DNA from: Eledone cirrhosa
Taxonomy: Eukaryota
Direction of reading: 5' to 3'
Length of the DNA stretch: 64,000 nt
Assembly (NCBI GenBank): GCA_964016885.1
Contig: OZ024749.1
Coordinates: 17,360,001-17,424,000 of the forward strand
Shown here: positions 1 to 12,496 of the stretch, in pieces
Numbering within the stretch: position 1 is the first letter of the stretch
Layout of the letters: each line of letters begins with the position of its first letter
Notes under the pieces: generated by a model
Database searches by the model: none
Seen by the model: only the letters and a program-made list of their open reading frames with translations
What the model was told of the DNA's origin: nothing
Program-made: the position numbers and the translations under genes

Positions 1-189
1 CATGTCTCGTTTTGTTACATTCACCAACAACCAGTAATCTCGCTATATACTCACTTACATGCTACAAAAGGGTTTACTTGTGTCCCTCCTCGCCTAAATA
101 GTTTCGTAAATATTATTTTTAAAATGATTGTAATTGAACTTAAGGTAAATTTTTATAATAAAACCCGTCTCACCAGTCGTATGTAATAA

Positions 190-545
190 CTGTTTCTGAT
201 TTAGGGACAACGACAATAGTTTTGGTGGGAGGGGTAGTCAAATAAATCTACCTTAGTGCGTTACTGGTACTTTGTTTTATAGACCCCGTAACGATGAAAG
301 GAGAAGCTACCCTCGACGGCATTGGTTTCACAGTCAATTTCTTCCATAAAAGGATAGATAGATACGGGGAACAAGAGAGTGAGTGTGTATGTGATACAGA
401 GATATAGAGGAAGAATCGATCCCAGTACTGGACTGCTACTTTTATTTTGTCGATCTCGATAGGGTGAAAATCAAAGTTGACTTCGGTGGTATTTGAACAC
501 AGAGCGCAGATCTTGAAGGAATACCACAAGGAATGTTCTGCCACT
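190..545 (-). mobile_element. Two decayed tRNA-derived SINE remnants (same family as 2565-2747)
   Basis: Both carry variants of the family core ACTGGTACTTT..TTTAT.GACCCC....GATGAAAGG..AAG seen in the better copy at 2565-2747. Confidence 0.6.
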
Positions 546-689
546 GTGGATATAAAAGTATTCTCAACAAAATGAAAGACGTCGATAAGCAGTAATTAAT
601 CTATCTAATTAGGTAAGTGCAACTATATCGATCTACTAAAGGGGGAATGAAAAGAAAGGGATCAAGTAGCGAAAGAAATGGAGAGGGGG

Positions 690-1055
690 GAGGACAGATT
701 CTAGTCCCTAGTCTGAATGGTGGCTCAACCGTGCCCCGTGGTCAAAATGGAAAATAGATTACTGCAGATAAGGGCCAGAGACACCTGCTACACCAGCCAC
801 ACCACCTCACAGGAATCCCCCCTCAAGCAGGCCACCATCTGTTTCAATTAAAATACAGCGATATATCTGTATTCTCTTCTTTTAAATTATTTTATATTTT
901 AATTGAAACTGACGGGGGTCCAGTTAAGGAGAGAACCTCGGAGGTGTGGTGGTTGGTGCAGTGGGTGTCTCTGGTCATTCTCCGCGGTAATGTCTTTTCC
1001 ATTTTGACCACGGGGCATGGCTAAGGCACTGCTCAGACTGGGGTCTATTGTCTGT
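690..1055. repeat. Diverged inverted repeat (old foldback or MITE)
   Basis: CCCCGTGGTCAAAATGGAAAA...CCAGAGACACC (735-785) is the reverse complement of GGTGTCTCTGG...TTTTCCATTTTGACCACGGGG (964-1015), with an AT-rich spacer. Confidence 0.7.
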
Positions 1056-1263
1056 TCTTCTCCCACTCTCTTTCTTTCGCTTCTTGATCCCTTTTCTTGT
1101 TTCCTCTGATAGTGTTTCGTTTTTAATTTGATACTGTTCAATAATCTTTATACAAGGTCCATGGTTTTTCATGGTATTGTGAGATTTTCTATATTGAATA
1201 TGTTTGTTTTTATGTTTAATTCTTTAAATGATATACTTTGAATAAATCATAATGAGCCACTTA

Positions 1264-1600
1264 CTCTCGGGTCCCAAATAATAGGAGGGGGTGGTGGAAC
1301 TAAGGTAATTTTTCTATGTTGTCTCCTTGATATTTTTTAGATTAAAGAATTAGATGGTTAGTTTACATATTGAGACCCCAAAACCATCATATTTATTTCA
1401 TAACGTATGGGATTTCTTGTGATGTTCTTTTTTGGTGTCTAAAATAATTCATCAAAGGAATGCTACCACTTAATATAAAATTTCACCTGAGAGAGATTAG
1501 CAAAATTTGATAAGCGGTTGGAATAAGAGAGGGGTTGTTGGAAAAGATCTGAAAAATTAATAAGCATGGGGGCCGGGTACGATTATTTGAGACCGAAGAG
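1264..1600. mobile_element. MITE with imperfect TIRs of about 20 bp and TA flanks (Tc1/mariner-like)
   Basis: TA|CTCTCGGGTCCCAAATAAT ... ATTATTTGAGACCGAAGAG|TA; no coding capacity. Confidence 0.55.
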
Positions 1601-2192
1601 TAATCACTGTATCTCAGCTGTAATTCGCAGAAAAAACATGGTGAAGGCATTGCTCCAGAAAACAACCAGCAACGCAGGCTACATCATCCACTCTATCTCA
1701 CCGGGCTTTCATTTTCATGCATTTTATGGAGAAAAACGACAGTCCAGGATAACCGAAAATACCAGCGGTCTCGGAAGTCACCGGCTCGGTAAGGAAACGG
1801 TCAGTGAAGTCCTGGTAATTAATTGTATTCCTCATTATTGGTGACACTACCCAGGTTTTCTGGATTTCTGGTTCGGTACTCCGTGTTGCACCTCTTGAGT
1901 GTAAATTAAAATAGAAATCAAATTGTTGCTTTGCTTATCAAACAATTTGATCACCTCCTGAAATACTTTATCGAACATTTTTCAAAATCGAAACACTATT
2001 TTATGAGACATAAACACACACACAGGTGCTACCCAACGTATATATAAGCATCTATATATATACCAAGCACGGGCAACATTTTTCGGGGTTCGTCTCGTTT
2101 AGGATGTATTCCAGTGTTACGGCAGTAATTTGCAGAGTGTAGATTGAAAAGAATCGAAGTTAGTGTTGCAGCATAAGTACAAACATTATTGG

Positions 2193-2276
2193 CATATTAC
2201 AATTGTTTCGATATCAGGTTAGGGTACAATCAAGATGACGGGACCCGACGCTTTACTTGACATCTCTTCAGATATG
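2193..2276 (-). ncRNA. Type I hammerhead ribozyme fold
   Basis: Minus strand reads CATAT-CTGAAGA-GATGTCA..(long loop)..TGATATC-GAAA-CAATTG-TA-ATATG: complete core, 5-bp stem I, 7-bp stem II with one G.U, palindromic stem III ACAATTGT, GUA cleavage triplet. Confidence 0.85.
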
Positions 2277-2564
2277 TGAATATATAGGTGCAAAGGCAGA
2301 TTTAAACTGTTAATAGAGGTCCTGATATCTATTTACACTTATTAAGGGGTATTTAGGGAGCCGGTGGAGTAACGGTATGGTTACTGATCTCAGGAATGCC
2401 ACGGAAGATCGTGACATATAAAAAAGAAGAGTAGAATTGTTCTGGCCAATCTACCTCACCTAATAAATCTAAACTATAATAAAGTAAGAAGCGCAGGACT
2501 GCGTATGGATTATAATTTTTTTATCCCATTAGTAAAATAAGTTGCATTACTTTGAATAAATAAT

Positions 2565-2747
2565 TGTTTCTACTTTAGGCACAAGGCCAGCAAATACCCA
2601 GTGCATTACTGGTACTTTATTTTATCGACCCCGTAAGGATGAAAGGCAAAGTCAACCTTGGCGGGATTTGAACTCAGATCGTAAAGGGATGTAACTATGC
2701 TGGAAAGCATGGCGTCCGACCCTCTACCGATACTGCCAATCCACCGC
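2565..2747 (-). mobile_element. tRNA-derived SINE with 20-bp target-site duplication
   Basis: TSD CATTACTTTGAATAAATAAT at 2545-2564 and 2748-2767. A-box-like TGGCAGTATCGG and B-box-like GTTCAAATCC on the minus strand. Paralogous sites near 9455, 56733 and 61170 are empty. The central GCCTTTCATCCTT..GGGTCGATAAAAT segment resembles the Meta-SINE domain (from memory). Confidence 0.85.
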
Positions 2748-3289
2748 CATTACTTTGAATAAATAATGAATGAATATTACATAATTTATCTACTAAATTT
2801 CGTGGCTGTTGATTAAATATATTTTGTTTATTTAAAGATTCACTTCTTTAAAATTTCTGAAATGTCAACACTTCTGGTTAGCCATCGCTTAAATGAACAT
2901 TCATATATTTCCGTCACTAATTTTCTCCTAATGCAGTTTATATATAATATCGTCTTTTTTAATGTATCATGGATTACGTTACTGATTAAATAAGACAGTG
3001 TAACGCAGTCTTCGTTCAATTTCTATGTATTATATATTGTCAATTATGATTTTATTTGATGTATCATATACCTGCGTATAATATCAATATGCACACTACA
3101 CATGCTAGCAGAAAATAATAATAATATTAATAATAATGTTGATGAACATTTATTATGTTGAAATATGTTGGAAATCATTCTCATGGTTTTTGTATTGTAA
3201 TTAACAAATACACCCTGTAGAAAGTACCCCTTCATATTATTTGTCATTAAGGGCTCTTACAGAGACACAATCTCATTTCATTGTTGAGG

Positions 3290-3655
3290 GTGGTGGATTT
3301 GCAGAATCAGTAGAGTGTCATACGATATGTTTTGTGTCATAAAGTTACAGCCCTTTATGTTCTGGGTTTAAATCATGCCATGGTCAACTTTGACTTTCAT
3401 CCATTCAAGGTTGATGAAAAACAGTAACAGTAATGCACTGGCGCTGATTTAATTGGCATTCCCCTTTCTCTTCAAATTGCTGGCCTTGAGTCAAAAGTAG
3501 AAACATTTATTTAAAGTCTATAAAACAATAGATAGAATGCTTTCTGCCATATTTATCCTGGTTCTCTGCTCTCTGAGTTTAAATCCTGCTAACGTCAACT
3601 TTCTTTCGTCCATTCATGGTTGATAAATAACAATACCAGTCTATCATGGGGTCTG
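3290..3655 (+). mobile_element. Two decayed SINE copies, shared with paralog 51040-51400
   Basis: GGTGGATT.GC.GAATCAGTAGAG head and CAACTTTG.CTTTCATCCATTCAAGGTTGAT core present at equivalent positions in both duplication units. Confidence 0.6.
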
Positions 3656-4779
3656 TTCTTCCTCTCTATATTTCTATCTCACTTCCTCCCCATTATTCTC
3701 TCTCCTTATCTGGAAGAAATCAACTGTTCAAACCTGGAGAGTGAAGGGCTCCACCAAGCTTCAAATGTCCACAGTGATACCCTTATGACTACATCATTTA
3801 AAAAAAAAAACATTGAGATGTTTGTATGTGTTTATTTTGTAAACCTTAGCTGGTTTATATTTATATTTATGACAAAATATCCACATGTGTAAATAAAAAC
3901 AATTGCATAACTTTAATATTTGTTGGATGGTACTTTGATGACAGTTGTTTTTGACTTTTAAAAAAAATAATTCACATTTGAAAATACTTTCTTCTCCTTT
4001 TCTTCAGCCATTTATTTCTGAAAGGGTTGTAGGGGGTAGAGTCCTCACACACCCCTTCTAGGTCCTATGTGTGTAACATTTCCTCTTTACACTACACACA
4101 CACAACAACACATCACCCTGCAAACACACACACACCACATTAAAACACCACAACACACCACATACCACACCACAACAGACACATACAAACCAGGTAGTTA
4201 TACCAACCCAGGATCTTGATTTTAGTGATTTTTTTTGTAATAAATCTCAACATCTCAGTTCTTACCAAGTGGAGTGGAACTCATCAGATTGGACCACGGA
4301 AACAATGTTTCCATTGGTTTTTCCAATTGATGATATTGAATCAGATTAGAAATAAATAAATAAAAAAATAGAGAATATATTTATTTGCCGTTGTGTTGCC
4401 GAACACCATTGACCTGCATCTTTGGTCAAGAAGGCCATTGGAGCGTCACTCACAGAAGCTGATACAGCAGCCAGCTTGACAGCCGATATAGGTAGCACCA
4501 ACAATTATCACTACCATTAACAAGAGGAAGGCAGTGACAATAACAATGACCCCGCATCTTTGGTTAAAGAAGGCGTTCGAGCCCCAGCAACCAGCCTGGC
4601 AGCCCGAATAGGTAGCAGTTTCAACTACCACCACCATCAACAATAGGGCGGCAGCGATAGCAGTGGTGACATTAACAACAGTAACATATGTGTTTACACC
4701 AAACACTACCACTACCATTAACTAATTGTCTCCAATGATTTCAGTTGGTGACAGCTTGTTGACATCCATGCCAGCTGAT

Positions 4780-5250
4780 GTTGACAGTTTGTGGGTCATT
4801 TTGGAATGTGATCCACCAGGTCATCTTCGGTCAGCTTCTTTTCCACTTGCCTTCAAGGGGAATCCATGTCATCGCTGTTATGGACAGGTGATCTTGGAGG
4901 TGCAGAATGTGACCTGCAAAATGGAACCAACGTTCCATGGTGATCAGCTGTGTATGTGACCCTGCACTCCACAGGATCTCACCAGCTGACCATTAGAATC
5001 TTATGCAGGCTCCTTTAATGGAAAGTTTTTAGACACCTATCCATCTTCACAGTGTTTTTCCATTTTTTGCAGTCAGAGATGGGCTTTCAAAGTACAATGC
5101 TAGTGTACAAGCGTAGCTTGAAATACAAGCTGATGGCTCTGTTTCACCAAATTGAGGGCATCCATTAGAACACCGCAGTCACCTTTACAACTCTGCAGTT
5201 GATGTCCAGCTCAAAGTTGCCGCTGTTGCTCAGGATACTGCCAAGTATGT
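4780..5250 (-). mobile_element. Highly decayed RTE/BovB-like LINE fragment
   Basis: Minus strand near 5248 translates to LGSILSNSGNFELDINCRVVK, resembling the post-RT YLGS..L..EI..R motif; many stops and frameshifts. Confidence 0.55.
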
Positions 5251-5374
5251 ATAGAAGATATATATATTGTATATATTAGTGTATCGATAGTTGATTGACT
5301 TTAGTGAAATCGTACCAAGAAAACAATGTTTCCATTGGTCTTTCCAATTGCTAATACTATCTATCGGTCACAAC

Positions 5375-5500
5375 TTCAGTTAGAAGGAGCAACATGAAAT
5401 AAAGTGTCTTGCTCAAGGACATAACGCATCGCCCAGTCCAAGAATCAATCTCATAACCTCACGATTGTGAATCCAATTCTCTAACCACTCAGCCACGCGT
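5375..5500 (-). mobile_element. Decayed tRNA/CORE SINE head
   Basis: GCAACATGAAATAAAGTGTCTTGCTCAAGGAC...TAACCACTCAGCCACGCG matches the SINE at 43292-43626 in reverse. Confidence 0.65.
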
Positions 5501-5599
5501 CTGTATATAGGGTATATATTAGTTGTGATGACACTGGCACCAAGTTATATCAGCTATTGACCTCACTTTGGATAACATCATATATTATATGTAGAATAT

Positions 5600-6689
5600 A
5601 TATTGGTAGAAATTTCAGAAAACAGAACCGAGATCCTCTCAGGCATTGGTAGACATTCCATCCTCTGCTCCATATGGAGAATATAGGTACACAAGAGATG
5701 TAGTAGGATCTCAGTAAGTTTAGCTAAGAATGTAGGCTTTACATGTGGCAGTTGCACTGGAACAGTAAGCAGCAAACGATCGAAAGGAACAAGTGCTACC
5801 AAATTGTAAGAGGGCTCTGTAGAAACAGTAGATAGCTTCTGCTACTTACGTGATCGAATTAGCAGCAATGTTGGGTGTGCTGAAAGTACAGTAACCAGAG
5901 TAAGAACTGGATGGAGGAAGTTCAGGGAGCTACTGCCACTGCTACAAAAGCTTCTCCCTCAGAATGAAAGGCAGATGGTATGATGTATCCGTATGTACAG
6001 CTATGTTACATGGTAATGAGACTTGGGTGCTGCATGCAGAAGACTTGTGTAGATTCGAAAGCATGCTCCGATGGATGTGTAATAGTAATATGCGAGAAAG
6101 TTGAAGCATAAATGAACTGAGAGAGAAACTGAGGATAAGAAAAATCAAATGCTGTGTGAAGGAGAGGAGATTGCATTGGTATGGACATGTGTTGCGTATG
6201 AAGGATGACAGCTGCATAACAAAGTGCAGAGGGCTCAGTTGTAGGAAGCCTTGGAATGGGGAGACCTTGGAAGACCTGGGTGAGGTGATACAAGCCGACC
6301 TTGCCCAATTGTACCTCTCAGAGGAGATGACACGTAGCCTGGATCTCTGGCGATGTGCAATAATACAGAAGACCCGAATTATCAGGAACACAAGTTGAAG
6401 CATATATACAGCATGCCCCCACTCACCCAGCCCATGCTGTAAAGTGGACATGTGAAAAACACAACAAAAAGCACCCAGCCCATGCTGTAAAGTGGACATG
6501 TGAAAGACACAGCAAAAAGCACCCAGCCCACACTGTCAATGTGGTTGGCATTAGGAAGGGCATCCAGCCATAGAAAACCAGCCAGAAGCACCCCTATATG
6601 GGCTGTCACTGTCACCTGACACAACTTGCCTCAAAATAGGACCTGTGTAACCCATGGAAGATAGATTGATGATGGTGATGATGATGATA
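5600..6689 (+). mobile_element. 5'-truncated RTE LINE (C-terminal region, 3' UTR, (GAT)n tail)
   Basis: ORF 6156-6398 ERRLHWYGHVLRMKDDSCITKC...LWR, family 3' UTR motif GGTTGGCATTAGGAAGGGCATCCAGC, and GATGAT tail. Confidence 0.85.
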
Positions 6690-8171
6690 TATATGTGGTG
6701 TATACATAGTATGTGTAGTTCATATATATATATGATAAATGATGGTGTCAAGCTGTTTCAGCCATTCCTCTGGACAATATATATAGTGTATGTATGTAGT
6801 ATATATATATATATATATATAGATATAGATATAGTGTATATAATAGTTGTAATGTCACAGGTGCCGATCTATATCAGCCTTTCCCTTGGACAACATGACA
6901 TATAGTCTATATATATTGGACAATAGTGTATATGTGGTGTATAAAGTAGTTGTGACAATATTCTATATACATATGTACACACACACTGACAAACATGTAT
7001 ATACATATAGAAGGGTCGGATGAGGAGTTCATAGACTGACCAATGTATACACACACATATATACTATATATATGTATACAAACACATATATATTTTATAG
7101 TAAAGTCATACATCATATTGTAATATAATATTTTCAAAGGGAGGTACATTGTGTCCTTAAGCAAGACACATCATTCCACATGTCTCTCATGTTTTTGTTT
7201 TTCATCTTTTGTTTTATTACCTTTAATAATGTGTTTTGTTTAATATGAACAGTTATGTAAAATTAATAATGTTATTTATACAAATCTGAATAAATTACTA
7301 ACATATCGATTGACGGTGTGAATTAACATAACGGAAGTTGTTTCTGAATGTATTAAATTATGTAGGGAACTTTTAAGTCATGACACCGATGTCAACTAGA
7401 CGGTCAAATATTACCATTTATATCAGTTTCATCGTTACAACTTAAACCTCATCTAATTTTATCTTTTATGGTGATTATTTCATATTAAGATGGATGTTAA
7501 TGTTTGTAAATAACATCAGGTGACTTATTTACCTTATAGTTGTTGTTTTATCACCTGTATTATTAAATATTGAAGTGGTTGTTCAACATTTTACAGGACA
7601 GGAAAATATTTTAATCAGAAATCAGTGAACATTTAGTTTTTACTAACTTTTCTTGACTTTATATTTGCTCTTGAAAACTAAAGTACGTATTATTTCGTTT
7701 TCCATCACAACGCAAACATTGTGAACTTTTCTATCTGAAGTGAAATATCTTGATTTATTACAACACTTACACACATATTTCTACACACACACACGTCTAT
7801 TTCTTTCTCTCATACTTACACACTGTATGTCTGTATATATATATATATATATGTATATATATTAACCTTCATCTTTTGTAATTATGGATATTAATTCTCT
7901 TGTCACCTGAACTGTCGTCAATAACAAGAACCTTAAATTTCGAAGCCTTATTCGTTTGTTTTATGTGCTGAGGATGTTATTGTGAATAGAGCTTCACTCA
8001 CTTTAACAAAAATTAAAAAAATACACACACACACACACACACATATATATAAGCACTTGCTTTTTCTTCTTCCAAGATCAGTCTTACACTTTCATACATC
8101 TTATTACTTTACCAACTGAATGCTACATTTCTTAATATATGAGTGGAAGTGGTGGGATTCCTTTATGAAAT

Positions 8172-8927
8172 ATGTCTGAATATAGCTGTGAGATTTGCAG
8201 GAAAACTTTCTCTTCAAAACTGAAACTATCCTCACACGAGAAAATACACAGTAGAGAAAACCCCTTCCATTGTGAAATATGTGGTAAATCTTTCATAAAC
8301 AATTCTAATCTTGTCGTCCACATACGGAGTCACACTGGAAAAAACCCCTTCCATTGTGAAATATGTGGGAAATCTTTTACTGATAATTCTGCTCTTGTCA
8401 TCCACATACGGAGTCACACAGGAGAAAAACCCTTCCACTGTGAAATATGTGAGAAATCTTTCATAAATAATTCTAATCTTGTCATCCATGTACGAAGTCA
8501 CACAGGTGAAAAACCCTTCCATTGTGAAATATGTGGGGAATCTTTTTCTCGTAAATTTATCCTTGTACATCACAAAAGAACACACACTGGTGTAAAACCT
8601 TATTCATGTGAAATATGTGGGAAATCTTTTTCTCAGAGTTCAAATCTTGTAAAACATAAAAGAATACATACTGGTGAAAAACCTTATTCATGTGAAATAT
8701 GTGGGAAATCTTTTTCTCAGAGTTCGCAACTTGATAATCACAAAAGAACACATACTGGTGAAAAACCTTATTCATGTGAAATATGTGGGAAATCTTTTTC
8801 TGATAGTTCTAATCTTGAACGTCACAAAAGAATACATACTGGTGAAAAACCCTTCCATTGTGAAATATGTGGTAAATCTTTCAATCAGAATTCGTCAATG
8901 GTTGTTCACCTACGTAATCAACACTAG
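8172..8927 (+). CDS. C2H2 zinc-finger protein, 9 tandem fingers, single coding exon, no recognisable effector domain
   Basis: Intact 251-aa ORF with nine CxxC...HxxxH units joined by TGEKP-type linkers. Candidate splice acceptor TTTTCTTCTTCCAAG at about 8062-8076 upstream. Confidence 0.93.
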   Translation: MSEYSCEICRKTFSSKLKLSSHEKIHSRENPFHCEICGKSFINNSNLVVHIRSHTGKNPFHCEICGKSFTDNSALVIHIRSHTGEKPFHCEICEKSFINNSNLVIHVRSHTGEKPFHCEICGESFSRKFILVHHKRTHTGVKPYSCEICGKSFSQSSNLVKHKRIHTGEKPYSCEICGKSFSQSSQLDNHKRTHTGEKPYSCEICGKSFSDSSNLERHKRIHTGEKPFHCEICGKSFNQNSSMVVHLRNQH

Positions 8928-9509
8928 CGGTAAACTCTATCACTGTGAAATATGAAAAACACAAATATATAGACACACTTTGGAAGTCAGAATATAAAAT
9001 GTGAAGCTTGAGAAATCTTATACATCTCAACATATGTTGTGTGTGTGTATATATATATATATATTATTATTTTTAGTTTTTAATACATTACTCAAATGGA
9101 AGAAATATACTAACATATATCAAAGATTACCATAATAACTAGGGAGCGGAGGACAAGATAAGCTGGACATTGCTACTGAGGGTAGGATGAGCTAGCTATT
9201 GTTGTAGATACCTAAACATTGTAAGACCCTAATGGGATGACTGAGATTGACCGACATAGATCAGATGTTTCAGGATGTCTAGCTGGAGATTAATGATCTC
9301 AGGAATGCCATGGAAGATCGTGACATCTAAAAAAGAAGAGTAGAATTGTTCTGGCTGATCCACTTCACCTAATAAATCTAAACTATAATAACGTAAGGAG
9401 CGCAGGACTGCGTACAGTTTATAATTTTTTTCATCCCATTAGTAAAATAAGTTGCAATACCTTAAATAAATAATGAATGAATATTACATAATGTACCTAC
9501 TAAATTTCG

Positions 9510-9865
9510 TGCAAACACAGTCTTCTCTCTTACACAACACTTCAGATCACTCTTAAACCCAGCTTCTTGAACTCGTCCAAGCTCTGCCTTTCTTTCACAC
9601 TTACATAATATATCCTACAAAGCATGGTTGTTTCATTTATTCCCAGTCTACATATCCTCTACAGTCACAGCCCTTGTTTCGTTTCATTGCACATCACCCA
9701 CAGGCGTCATACAGTCGTCCTTTTGTACAGAGAGAGAAACCTTTTGTGGTCAACTGTTGCAGTAGCTCTCTAAACTATCCTTATTCTAGCTATTCATCTT
9801 TCAGAGCAACCTCCTTCACTGCTAATTAAGTCACCTCGATTGCAAAAAGCTATCAACCACTTCTA
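9510..9865 (-). mobile_element. Decayed RTE LINE fragment
   Basis: Reverse complement resembles the GTGACTAAATTAGCAGTG.AGG.GG.TGCTCTGAAAG (GD.ISS.GGCSE) region of the other RTE copies. Confidence 0.6.
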
Positions 9866-10139
9866 TGTGTGTCTAATTACATATATAATTAAGCCTGACA
9901 ATTCCACCACGTAAGATTTACCTCCCTTTTTGACAATATGAAACTCTCCTCTGTTTCGGGTGAAAATTGTTGGAGGAAAGAACTTCCTTTTAATATATTT
10001 GTCAGCATGCCTAACGAAGGGTCTGTTTGGAAGTGCCCCCCTCCCCCATTAAACAGTGGTGGCCATAAGTGGACTTGGAAACCAGTGGCCACACATACAT
10101 GTTATGTGTATGAAACATTATTTACACTAACGAGGTTTG

Positions 10140-11555
10140 GTGGGATACAAGGTAAGTTAGCTAAGAAGGTAGGCTTTGCAAGGGGTCATTGCATTGGAGC
10201 AGTAAGAAGCAATCGCTTTTAGGAGACAAGCTCTAGCAAATATTTAAAGGATTCTGTAGAAGCAGTTGACAGTTTCTGTTTCCAGGGTGATCAAATTAGC
10301 AGTGGAGGTAGGTGTTTTGAAGGTACAGTAACTAGAATAAGAACAAGATGGCAAAGGTTTAGGGTGCTACTACTGCTGCTAGCTACAAAAGGTTGTTTCA
10401 TCAAATTGATGTGTGCATATGAACAGCAATGCTGCATTGCAGTGAGATGTGGGCGGTATGTGCAGAGGACCTCCGAAGATTGGATAGAAATGAAGCTTGA
10501 ATTCTTCAATAGATGTGTAATATTAATATACATGAAGAGCAAAATGTAAATAATCTGAGAGAGAACCTGGGCATGAGAGGGATAAGATACAGTATGCAGG
10601 AGTGTAGATTGCTGTGGTATGGACATGTGATGTATATGAAGGTAGAGATGTGTAAAAGGTTGACTGCTTGAAATTGATGGAAGAGGAAAGCTTGGGATGA
10701 GGAGGTAAAAACTGACCTGACACCATTGTACCTCTCAAAGGTGATGACACAGGATTGAAATCTCTGGCGTTGTACAGTACTGCAGGAGACCTGCATTCCC
10801 ATGTGCACGGGATGAAGCAACATTTAGTGGTTTGAAGTATGCTCCAATTTTCCTCCACCCCCTTACCAGCTAAGTACACCACCCTGACCTACCTCTCCAA
10901 TACCCACCCTACATACACACAACCCCATCCCCACTTTCACATCTGTTACACCTCTCTTGACCAACCCATGTATACAAATATGGAAAGCTTAATATGCTCT
11001 ACTCCAATGCTGCTGAAATGGCTAAAAGCCCTCAGGCAACCCTGTGAGGTGGTCATGACAAAAGAGCACCAAGTCCTCTGTTAGGTAATATGACAAAAGA
11101 GCACCTAACCCTCCCTGCAAGGTAGTCATGCTGGTGACATGAGAAAAAAGCAGCCAGTTCACCCTGTGAGTTAGACATGACAGGAGGCCCCTAGCCTTCT
11201 CTGTAAAGTGGTCATGCTAGTGGCAAGACTGAAGGGACCTGAAGCACCCTTCAAAGTGGTCAAATTGGTGACATGACAAACAGCACTCAGTCTGCTCTGT
11301 TAGGTGGTGGTCTTGATGGTGGGACAACAAAAAGCACCCAGTCCACCCTGTAGGTTGGTCATGTTAGCAACACAACAATAAATACCAAGTCCACCCTGTA
11401 AATGTGGTTAGATTTAGGAAGGGCATTCAGCTGTAGAAATCAAGCCAGAAATGTTTCTTGCATGAGCCAGACACGGTCATTTGATCTAAGTTTTCACACA
11501 ACAGGACAACTCCAACCATGCTAGCTTGTAAAATGGAACTTAAACTGTGATGATG
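10140..11555 (+). mobile_element. Decayed RTE LINE 3' end with tandemly repeated 3' UTR (units of about 45 bp, 11020-11430)
   Basis: Homologous to 45600-46200 (GGTGATCAAATTAGCAGTGGAGG; TGGTATGGACATGTGATG). The UTR repeats AAAAGCACC.AGTCC.CCCTGT.AGGTGGTCATG. Confidence 0.75.
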
Positions 11556-11584
11556 TATAATATATGAATATACACGTGTATATA

Positions 11585-11760
11585 TCATTAACATCATCGC
11601 CATTTTACGTCCGTTCTTCCACGCTAACATGGGTTAGACGGGTTGTCCTGTTGTGGGCAGTGTCTGGCCGGCTGATCTTTTCTTGCTCATACGGTCCGAG
11701 AATTGAACTCACAACTTTTCGATTGCAAGCCCAATGCTCTAACCACTAAGCCATGCGCCT
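11585..11760 (-). mobile_element. Short chimeric SINE: tRNA head fused directly to an RTE 3' end
   Basis: 11693-11760 is the tRNA head (TGGCTTAGTGG, GTTCAATTC). 11590-11690 matches the RTE tail at 49478-49580. The CORE segment is missing. Confidence 0.75.
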
Positions 11761-11770
11761 TATATATATA

Positions 11771-12482
11771 TAAATATGAGAATAAACGTGCTGCGTGGTT
11801 GTAAATGGGTTACATATGAATAAAGTTAGTCCTTCATCAGTGATCTTCCAACCATCATTGGTATTTCATCGCTTTAAAGACCATATACCTCCGGTTGGTG
11901 CGAGCAACGGCTAAAAAAAGTTGTTGGGACACGTAAATAAAGGGGACACGAGAGTGTAAACAAACAAAGATGAAGCAACGAAAAGTGAGGAAGAACGAGT
12001 GAAGTCCTAAATTTCCATGAATATAAGTTCGGTGAAATCGTGAACGAGAGAGAATAAAGACCATCAAACCTGGTTGGTATGTGAGCAAGGAAGGAATTCC
12101 GCACAGGTCTAAGAGAGGAAGAAGGAATCTAGTCTGTGAATTCGGTGAACATAAGTTCTGTGAAATCGTAGACGAGAGAGAGAAAAAAAGCGAACCAGCC
12201 TGACCAAGAGTGCGAAAGAAAAGAATTACGCACAGGTCAAACGGGAAGGAGGAGGAGAGGTAGTAACAGAGAGTGAGTGAGTCAAGGGTGAGGAAGAGAC
12301 TAACAGAGAGAGTGACTGTTAGAGAGGGTAAAGATACAGAGAAAGAGGAATCAGTAAGAACGAAATAGACGGGTCACAGCGGGGAATAAAATATGTGTAA
12401 ATATGAGAATGATTGTGCTACGTGGTTGCAAATGGGTTACATATGAATAAAGTTAGTCCTTCATCAGTGATCTTCCAACCAT
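11771..12482. mobile_element. Non-coding element with direct terminal repeats of about 85 bp, inserted in (TA)n
   Basis: TAAATATGAGAAT...GTCCTTCATCAGTGATCTTCCAACCAT at 11771-11855 and 12398-12482 (period 627 bp); (TA)n on both sides. Confidence 0.75.
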
Positions 12483-12496
12483 ATATATATATATAT

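Larger units (their letters stand above)
2383..9510 (+). repeat. Zinc-finger gene duplication unit A
   Basis: Collinear similarity of 2860-4295 with 50610-52077, 6743-7295 with 52103-52140 plus 55609-56620, and 7800-9510 with 57760-61230. Its start (2383-2810) recurs at its own end (9290-9510). Confidence 0.85.

Noticed and set aside
4240-4292. Minus-strand CTGATGA-GTTC...GAAC-TGAGA (paralog near 52030-52072)
   Set aside because: GAAA is absent and the paralog does not keep stem II; at most an ancient relic.
6551-7164. Many short ORFs rich in YI, CV or HT (also 22357-22665, 41298-41544, 46917-47602)
   Set aside because: Translations of (TA)n and (CA)n microsatellites.
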